Source: Acidobacteriota bacterium (lineage in GTDB: Bacteria > Acidobacteriota > UBA4820 > DSQY01). From it: 12,482 bases of DNA. Position 1 is the stretch's first letter. Every line of letters begins with the position of its first letter. This document shows, piece after piece, positions 7,089 through 12,482 of this stretch. The notes under the pieces are model-generated. The model was not told where the DNA came from. It worked only from the letters and a program-made list of their open reading frames with translations, and did not search any database. The DNA lies in contig JBMFSH010000062.1 in the NCBI GenBank assembly GCA_049967655.1, forward strand, positions 1-12,482, read 5' to 3'. The position numbers and the translations under genes were made by a program.

Positions 7089-8687
7089 CTAGCGGTCCCC
7101 TTCGGCCGTGGAGAGGCCGAAGGTGGCCATGATGATCGGGAAATCCTGGAAGGCGAAGCGCTCCGCCGCCAGGTGGAAGCCGTGCCAGTTGGTGAAGGAG
7201 GGGGTGGTCAGGCGGAAGCGCGCCACGCGGCCCCCCTCGTCCAGCCGAACCCAGTGGAAGGCCGCGCCGCGAGGCGCCTCAGCCCAGCCGAGCGCTTCGC
7301 CGGAGCGCAGGGGCACCTCCACGCGCACGGGACCGCCGGGCAGCCGTTCGGCCCCCTCCCGGATCAGGCGCGCCGAGGCGAGGGCCTCGGCGATGAGCAC
7401 CCTCAGGCGTGCGTAGCCGTCCCCCTCCTCCTCCACCGCGATCTCGGGTTTCAGAAGGGAGCCGTAGGGGCCGTAGGGCAAGTCCATCCGCGAATCCTCG
7501 GCCACGCCGGAAGCCCGGGCGATGGGCCCCACCAGGCCGAAGTGCCGGGCCTGCCGTTCGCTCACCAGCCCCACCTGCTCCAGACGGTCGAGGAAGCTTC
7601 CGGAGAAGCGGAGCCTCCGGGAGAGCCCGCCGAGCCCCCCGGCGAGGCGCTCCACGCCGCCCGCCAGCACTTGCACCTCCTCGTTCGTCCAGTCCCGGGC
7701 CATGCCGCCCGGCACCACCTGGCCATAGAGGTAGCGGTGGCCCGCCCATGCTCCCGCCAGACGCAGGGCCTCCTCCTCCAGGATGTCCGCCTGGCTTGAG
7801 GCCACCGTCATGCCCGTGGAGTGGATGATGTCGGAGAGGGCGGCCAAGTGGTGGCGGAAGCGTTCGAACTCCGCGAGGAGAGCCCTCAAGAGCTGCGCCC
7901 TCGGAGGGATGTCCGCTCCGGCGATGCGCTCCACGGCCTGACAGAAGGCCCACGCGTGGGCGATGGCCGAGGTGCCGGTGAAGCGTTCGGCCATGAGCAG
8001 GACCTTCGCGGGCTCCTCCCCCTCGGCCAGCTTCTCGACGCCGCGGTACTTGTAGAAGAGGCGCGGGATGGTTCGCGCCACGTCCTCTCCCACCGTCTCC
8101 AGGAGGAAGTGCGAGGCCTGGGCCGTGTCCGAGAAGATGGGCCCCACGGGCATGGCGAAGGCGCCAGGGGCCTGAACGATGCGCACGGGCCGCCACTGCG
8201 GGTCCACCTCCCGGGCGGTGTAGGGCACGCGGGCGTTGAAGCTCCATCGCATGGGGTTGACGCCCTCGGGCCACTCCTCGTGCAGGATGAACTCGCCCAG
8301 GCGGGGGTGGCCCGTGAAGGTCAGGCCGAAAAGATCCTCCGTCTCCCGTTCGTGCCAGTCCGCGCCGTGCACCGCATCGCTGATGCTGGGAAGGCTCGTG
8401 TGCTGAAGCGGCATTTCGACCAACACGTGCACCCACAGGGGCTCCCGTCCCCAGAATAGGGTGCGCAGCCGCCAGCCCTCTTCCCGCTCCTCCGTCACCA
8501 GCGTGGCGAAGCGATAGTGCCTTTCGCCCGCGAGCCAGGCGCAGAGATCGGGGAGGAGGGCGGGATCGCACGCCAGGAGCAAACCGTCGGGAGGAAGCGG
8601 GGAGACCCGCAGGGCATCGCCCCACCGGGCCGCCGCTTCGGCATCGAGGGAGAGGGCGGAGGGAATTTTCTGGGCGGGCGTCATCAT
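7089..8687 (-). CDS. hyfG: HycE/HyfG-like large subunit (fused NuoC/NuoD-like) lacking NiFe ligands, i.e. Ehr large subunit
   Basis: 532 aa. NuoC-like part: WHERETEDLFGLTFTGHP. NuoD-like part: VGPI, RLFYKYRGVEKLAEG, EFERFRHH, GPIARASG, GDGYARL, EAPRG, PSFTNW. The L1 site reads ERFTGTS and the C-terminus reads DFPIIMATFGLSTAEGDR, so neither CxxC is present. Confidence 0.9.
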   Translation of the reverse strand: MMTPAQKIPSALSLDAEAAARWGDALRVSPLPPDGLLLACDPALLPDLCAWLAGERHYRFATLVTEEREEGWRLRTLFWGREPLWVHVLVEMPLQHTSLPSISDAVHGADWHERETEDLFGLTFTGHPRLGEFILHEEWPEGVNPMRWSFNARVPYTAREVDPQWRPVRIVQAPGAFAMPVGPIFSDTAQASHFLLETVGEDVARTIPRLFYKYRGVEKLAEGEEPAKVLLMAERFTGTSAIAHAWAFCQAVERIAGADIPPRAQLLRALLAEFERFRHHLAALSDIIHSTGMTVASSQADILEEEALRLAGAWAGHRYLYGQVVPGGMARDWTNEEVQVLAGGVERLAGGLGGLSRRLRFSGSFLDRLEQVGLVSERQARHFGLVGPIARASGVAEDSRMDLPYGPYGSLLKPEIAVEEEGDGYARLRVLIAEALASARLIREGAERLPGGPVRVEVPLRSGEALGWAEAPRGAAFHWVRLDEGGRVARFRLTTPSFTNWHGFHLAAERFAFQDFPIIMATFGLSTAEGDR

Positions 8688-8691
8688 GGCA

Positions 8692-10137
8692 TCACCTCGC
8701 CAGCGCCGTCGCGGCCAGGCGCAGAAGGTGTTCGACGGAGGCGGGCAGACTCACGCCCAGCAGCACCACCGGCACGAAGGCCACGACAAGCGCCAGGGCG
8801 TAACTCCTGGGAAAGGCCGGCACGGGCCCCGTGGCGGTGGCCTTGCCGAACACCATGCGGGTCACGTGGTAGAGGACCGCGCAGAAGGCGCCCACCATGC
8901 AGAGCGTGAGCAGGGCCACGGGGAGAAAGCGGCGGTCCACGGCGCCGCCCTGGAGGATGGACAGCTCGCTCAGGAAGAGGGCGAAGGGAGGGGCGCCGGT
9001 CACCGCCAAGGCTCCCGCGAGGAGCGCCGCTCCCGCCAGGGGCGAGCGGCGGCCGAGCCCCTGCACCGCGGCGATCTCCGTCGTGCCGGCGAAGAGCAGG
9101 GCCGCGCCGGCGGCGAAGAAGCCGAAGGGCTTGGCGAGCGCGTGGTTCATGAGCTGGTAGACAGAGCCATATCCGGCCGCGCCGCCCAGCCCGGCCGCCG
9201 TGAGGATGATCCCCGCGTTCTCGATCGTGGAGTAGGCGAAGAGGCGTTTGAGGTCCTTCACCTGGACGAGCAGGAGCGCCGCGCCCACCGCGGAGAGCAG
9301 GCCGAAGGCGAGGAGCCACCGGCCGGCCCCGTCGCCCGCCTTGCCTGGAAAGAGCGGCAGAAGGCGCACGATCACGTAGGGGAGCGTCGTGGTCTCCACC
9401 ACCGACAGGAGGGCGCAGATGGGCACGGGGGCTTGGCTGTAAACGTCCGGCAGCCAGGAGTGAAAGGGGACGAGGGCGGCCTTGGTGCCGTAGCCCACGA
9501 GCATGAAGAGAAAGGCCGTCTTCACGAGCAACGGGGGCATGGCGCCCTCCGCCGCGGCGAGGCCGGACCAGGTGAAGTCCTCCGCGCCCCCCAGGCGCAT
9601 GGCCCAGTAGAGCACCAGCACGCCGAAGAGAGCCAGCGCCGCCCCCATGGAAGTGAGGATGGCGTATTTCCAAGCCGCCTCCAGGGCCGCCGTGCTCCGG
9701 TCGAAGCTGACGAGGAAGATGGAGAGCAGGGTCGTGAGCGCCACGGCGATCCACACCAGCGCGACGTTGGAGAGCAGCGGCACCGCCAACACGGGGGCCA
9801 GGAAGAGATTGAAACGGACGAAGTAGCGCCTGACCCGGCCCGCCTCCATGGGCTGAGTGGCCCTCCGCGTAAAACCGATGGAGAAGAGGGCCGCGGTGAA
9901 CCCCGCGAAGGCGCACAAGACCAGCACCAGCGCGCCGAATGCGTCGCACGAGACCCAGCCCGGCAGGGCCGCGACCGTGGCCCCCGTGGCGCAGCGGCCC
10001 GCCACGGCGAGGGCCAAGAGGAGTTGCAGAGCCGTCGCGAGCGCCGTTACGCCGCCCGGGATGGTGCGATGGGGGGAGGGCCAGAGCGCCAGGGCCGCGG
10101 CGATGAGCGGAATAATCAGAATGAACCAGAGCACCAT
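8692..10137 (-). CDS. hyfF: HyfF-like antiporter-type membrane subunit
   Basis: 481 aa polytopic membrane protein with ALEAAWKY, GYGTKAALVPFHSWLPD, DLKRLFAYSTIEN, NHALAK and GAPPFALFLSE. SD GAGGAG is present. Confidence 0.9.
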   Translation of the reverse strand: MVLWFILIIPLIAAALALWPSPHRTIPGGVTALATALQLLLALAVAGRCATGATVAALPGWVSCDAFGALVLVLCAFAGFTAALFSIGFTRRATQPMEAGRVRRYFVRFNLFLAPVLAVPLLSNVALVWIAVALTTLLSIFLVSFDRSTAALEAAWKYAILTSMGAALALFGVLVLYWAMRLGGAEDFTWSGLAAAEGAMPPLLVKTAFLFMLVGYGTKAALVPFHSWLPDVYSQAPVPICALLSVVETTTLPYVIVRLLPLFPGKAGDGAGRWLLAFGLLSAVGAALLLVQVKDLKRLFAYSTIENAGIILTAAGLGGAAGYGSVYQLMNHALAKPFGFFAAGAALLFAGTTEIAAVQGLGRRSPLAGAALLAGALAVTGAPPFALFLSELSILQGGAVDRRFLPVALLTLCMVGAFCAVLYHVTRMVFGKATATGPVPAFPRSYALALVVAFVPVVLLGVSLPASVEHLLRLAATALAR

Positions 10138-10141
10138 CGCC

Positions 10142-10825
10142 TCACTCCTCTCTGAGATCGGTCAGGTCGGCCACGGAGGTCGAGCCGGCCCGCTCGTGGA
10201 GCTTCCTCGTCAGAAGCCCCATGACCAGGGCGATGACGAGCACGTCAAAGGCCGCGGCCAGTTCGGCGAAGAGCGGCAGGTCGGGGGCGATGGCCACCCC
10301 CGCGAAAAAGGCACCGTTCTCCATGGAAAGAAGCCCGAGCACCTGTGGCAGGGCCTCCCGGCGGACGGTCACGGTGAAGGCCCCGATGAGCAGGGCTGCC
10401 AGTCCGATCGGCAGGTTGACCCCCACCTGCCCCAAGGGCGCGGCCGCCCGCAGCGGCGCGGCCAGGAAATAGGCGAGGATGGCGAGTCCCAGCGCGATGA
10501 GCAGGGAGGTCGGGATGTTCAGCACCTGCGAGATTTCTCGGCGGGCCACCACGGCCTCGCTGGCCGTCCGCCTGAGCAGCCAGGGAATGAGGAGTGCCTT
10601 GGCAACGATCGTGATGGCCGCCACGGCATAGAGGTGGTCCGAGGCCGCCTCGTGGCCCAGCAGCGCGGCCGAGGCGGCGAGCAGCACGGACTGCCCCGCG
10701 AAGAGGGCCACGCAGTCCAGGACCTGCCGCGTGGCCACCAGGCCGAAGGTGGCCAGGAGGAACAGGCCGGCGGCCAGCAGGTTGAGCTCGTTGACCAGGG
10801 TCACGCTGATGTGGGGATCGGGCAC
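10142..10825 (-). CDS. hyfE: HyfE-like membrane subunit (NuoK-like C-terminus)
   Basis: 227 aa with KALLIPWLL and QVLGLLSMENG...ELAAAFDV...LTDLRE. GTG start with SD GGAGG. Confidence 0.88.
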   Translation of the reverse strand: MPDPHISVTLVNELNLLAAGLFLLATFGLVATRQVLDCVALFAGQSVLLAASAALLGHEAASDHLYAVAAITIVAKALLIPWLLRRTASEAVVARREISQVLNIPTSLLIALGLAILAYFLAAPLRAAAPLGQVGVNLPIGLAALLIGAFTVTVRREALPQVLGLLSMENGAFFAGVAIAPDLPLFAELAAAFDVLVIALVMGLLTRKLHERAGSTSVADLTDLREE

Positions 10826-10835
10826 GACCAGCCTC

Positions 10836-11786
10836 CTACAGTTCCATGAGCCGAATCAGCAGGGCCGCCACGCAGACCACGAAGGCCGCCCCGAGAAATT
10901 CGGTGATCCGAAAGAGCCGCAGCTTGGCGAAGGAGGACTCAACCCCCACGAGAGCCAGGATGCACAGCACCATCTTGAGGAGCACCAGGGGGATGGCGGC
11001 GAGCACGGCCGTAACGCTCTGGCTGGAGGCCAGGCCCCAGGGTGCCACGAGGACGTTAAGGAAGATGCAGAGCAGGACGAAGAACTTCATGGCCCCGCCC
11101 CACTTCATGAGGGCCGCCCCGCGCCCCGAGTACTCCAGCCCCTTGGACTCGTCGATCATGGCCAGCTCGAAATGGCCCGACGGGTTGTCCACCGGCAGCC
11201 GTCCAGTCTCCGCCAGGATCAGCATGAAGAAGGCGATCAGGAGCAGGACGTGGGCAGGGTCGAAGAAGTTGGCCGGAGGATGGACCCAGCGCTGCTGGAC
11301 GATGTAGGGGATCGTGGAGCCCGCCACGACGGAGACCGTGAAAAAAACGATCATGAACACCGGCTCGGCCAGGAAGCCCACCATCCGCGTCCGGCTCGCC
11401 CCCATGGGGCCGTACGGGTTGGCCGTATCGATCGCCGCGAGGGTGGCGAAGAAGCCGCCGAGGGCCAGGATGAAGCCGCCCCCCAGCATGTCACCCATGA
11501 AGGCGAAGAAGAGCGGGTAGTCGGTGAGCACGGGGATGAGCAGCGCCACGAAGAGCGGCGCTACGAAGACCACATAGGGCGTGACGCGGAAGATCCATGT
11601 GCTCTCGCGGGAGACCACTTCGTCCTTGTGGAAGAGCTTCCAGAGGTCGTAGTAGGGCTGAAAGACGCTTGGCCCCCGGTGGGATTGGAGGCGCTCCTTC
11701 AGCTTGGCGCTAATCCCCGCCATGAGAGGGGCGAAGAGGAGCACCACCAGCGCCTGGAGGACGTTGTAGAGAAGGTGCGCGATCAC
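10836..11786 (-). CDS. hyfC: HyfC/HycD-like membrane subunit (NuoH/ND1 family)
   Basis: Probable start is GTG 11786 after SD GAGGGGG (316 aa); the upstream in-frame extension lies in the riboswitch leader. Motifs: LQSHRGPSVFQPYYDLWKLFHK, GASR...AEP, AETGRLPVD...EL...LEYSG, ESSFAKLRLFRI. Confidence 0.9.
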   Translation of the reverse strand: MIAHLLYNVLQALVVLLFAPLMAGISAKLKERLQSHRGPSVFQPYYDLWKLFHKDEVVSRESTWIFRVTPYVVFVAPLFVALLIPVLTDYPLFFAFMGDMLGGGFILALGGFFATLAAIDTANPYGPMGASRTRMVGFLAEPVFMIVFFTVSVVAGSTIPYIVQQRWVHPPANFFDPAHVLLLIAFFMLILAETGRLPVDNPSGHFELAMIDESKGLEYSGRGAALMKWGGAMKFFVLLCIFLNVLVAPWGLASSQSVTAVLAAIPLVLLKMVLCILALVGVESSFAKLRLFRITEFLGAAFVVCVAALLIRLMEL

Positions 11787-11913
11787 GGCGCACCCCCCTC
11801 TTTCGCCAGCAGGGGAATCCCCGATGCTCTTGGTGCGGTTTTTTCGATCAGTCCGGCTGCAGGCCACATACAAAGCTCCCATCGGCGGCCCGGCGGGAGC
11901 TTTAAGGAGGCAC

Positions 11914-11951
11914 AAAAAACTCCCGACGGGGCCACTTCACCTGTCAGGAGT
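11914..11951 (-). terminator. Intrinsic terminator forming the riboswitch expression platform
   Basis: RNA ACUCCUGACAGG-UGAAGUGGC-CCCGUCGGGAGU followed by a U tract (six U at 11919-11914). The 5' arm is the aptamer's pseudoknot strand, so terminator and ligand-bound fold are mutually exclusive (ON switch). Confidence 0.85.
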
Positions 11952-11993
11952 CATTAGCCTCGGCGAGGCGTTTCGCGGGGGGACTCCATCCCC
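11945..11993 (-). promoter_or_regulatory. Fluoride riboswitch (crcB RNA motif) upstream of the Ehr operon
   Basis: Minus strand reads GGGGATGGAGTCCCC-CCGCG-AAAC-GCCTCGCCGAGGC-TAATGACTCCTG. P1 is GGGGA/UCCCC, which covaries with the other copy (GGCGA/UCGCC). The pseudoknot is GGAGU/ACUCC and the canonical GCUAAUGACUCC is present. Confidence 0.94.
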
Positions 11994-12001
11994 TCGACGG
12001 C

Positions 12002-12030
12002 ATCTTAGGATCTTTGGCCGCTCAAGTCAA
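12002..12030 (-). promoter_or_regulatory. sigma70-type promoter for the riboswitch-Ehr operon
   Basis: TTGACT (12030-12025), 17-nt spacer, TAAGAT (12007-12002), 8 nt upstream of the aptamer. Confidence 0.8.
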
Positions 12031-12066
12031 GAGGAGTGCGGCCCGCAGCCTCCCGGCTTCGGGCCC

Positions 12067-12482
12067 TTACCCTCGGAGGGTGGCCACGAGGCGCAGGGGT
12101 TCGACGAGCAGCTCCAGGGCCTCGACGATGGTCCGGCAGACCACGTCGGCGGCCGCCAGGCACTCCGCCGAGGCCCCCTCCTTCTGGAGGACCGCCACTC
12201 CGAGGGCGGCGCTGGCCAACATCAGGCGGTCGTTCCGCCCGTTGCCGATGCAGGCCGTGCGCCGCGGCCCCAGGCGCTCGACGGTGCGGGCCTTCGCCTC
12301 GGCCTGGCCGGCGGCGTCGAGGATGACCAGCTCGCACGGAATCCCCGCGAGCTCCTGCCTCGCCCTGCCGAAGGTGTCCCCCGTCACCACGTGGAGCTGG
12401 AGTCGCTGGGACAGCGCGCCCAGGGCCTCCCGCACCCCCGGCAGGAGGGCGCCGTCCTCGGCGAGGGTCCCGTTGAAGTCGA
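12067..12482 (-). CDS. HAD-superfamily hydrolase, soluble P-type ATPase-like, copy 2 (5' end outside window)
   Basis: The frame is open to the window edge: DFNGTLAEDGALLPGVREAL...TGDT...GNGRND...LVATLRG*. The ORF-track start at 12435 is an internal GTG. Confidence 0.9.
   Translation of the reverse strand, partial: DFNGTLAEDGALLPGVREALGALSQRLQLHVVTGDTFGRARQELAGIPCELVILDAAGQAEAKARTVERLGPRRTACIGNGRNDRLMLASAALGVAVLQKEGASAECLAAADVVCRTIVEALELLVEPLRLVATLRG

Noticed and set aside
4739..9949. Alternative-frame minus-strand ORFs (4739-6397, 7279-8625, 8684-9949) as overlapping genes or frameshifts
   Set aside because: The main frames are intact and full length. The alternatives are low-complexity products of GC bias.
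4168..11786. Calling the complex a NiFe hydrogenase-4/formate hydrogenlyase, or a Mrp antiporter
   Set aside because: There are no NiFe cysteines, maturases or formate dehydrogenase in the window, and the NuoB/CD/H-like subunits exclude a plain Mrp.
11787..11915. 43-codon N-terminal extension of hyfC
   Set aside because: It starts inside the terminator U tract with no SD, so it is the riboswitch leader.
173..11957. Long plus-strand ORFs (e.g. 173-1018, 3991-6561, 8686-10155, 10731-11957)
   Set aside because: They are antisense shadows of well-supported minus-strand genes in high-GC DNA, with no recognisable motifs.
1..12482. Mobile element, CRISPR array, tRNA or rRNA
   Set aside because: No transposase, integrase, terminal repeats, spaced repeats or structural RNA genes were recognised.

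Overview
A GC-rich bacterial locus, probably from a diderm organism, with every real gene on the minus strand. It reads as a fluoride-response island. In transcription order (right to left): a partial soluble P-type-ATPase-like HAD gene, a sigma70 promoter and fluoride (crcB-motif) riboswitch with intrinsic terminator, then a tightly packed operon. The operon encodes a six-subunit hydrogenase-4/complex-I-like membrane complex (hyfC-hyfE-hyfF-large-small-hyfB), a universal stress protein, an orphan LptB-type ABC ATPase, an enolase and a second HAD paralogue. A second promoter and fluoride riboswitch follow, leading into an MFS transporter that runs off the left edge and is missing from the ORF track. 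The large subunit lacks both NiFe-binding CxxC motifs, so the complex is Ehr-type rather than a true hydrogenase. Both antiporter-like subunits have lost the conserved TM5 glutamate (Arg in HyfB, Ala in HyfF). No Fluc/CrcB or CLC-F exporter is visible in the window. The leading hypothesis (inference) is a fluoride-induced, possibly repurposed ion-translocating Ehr complex, co-expressed with extra copies of Mg/phosphoryl-dependent enzymes.
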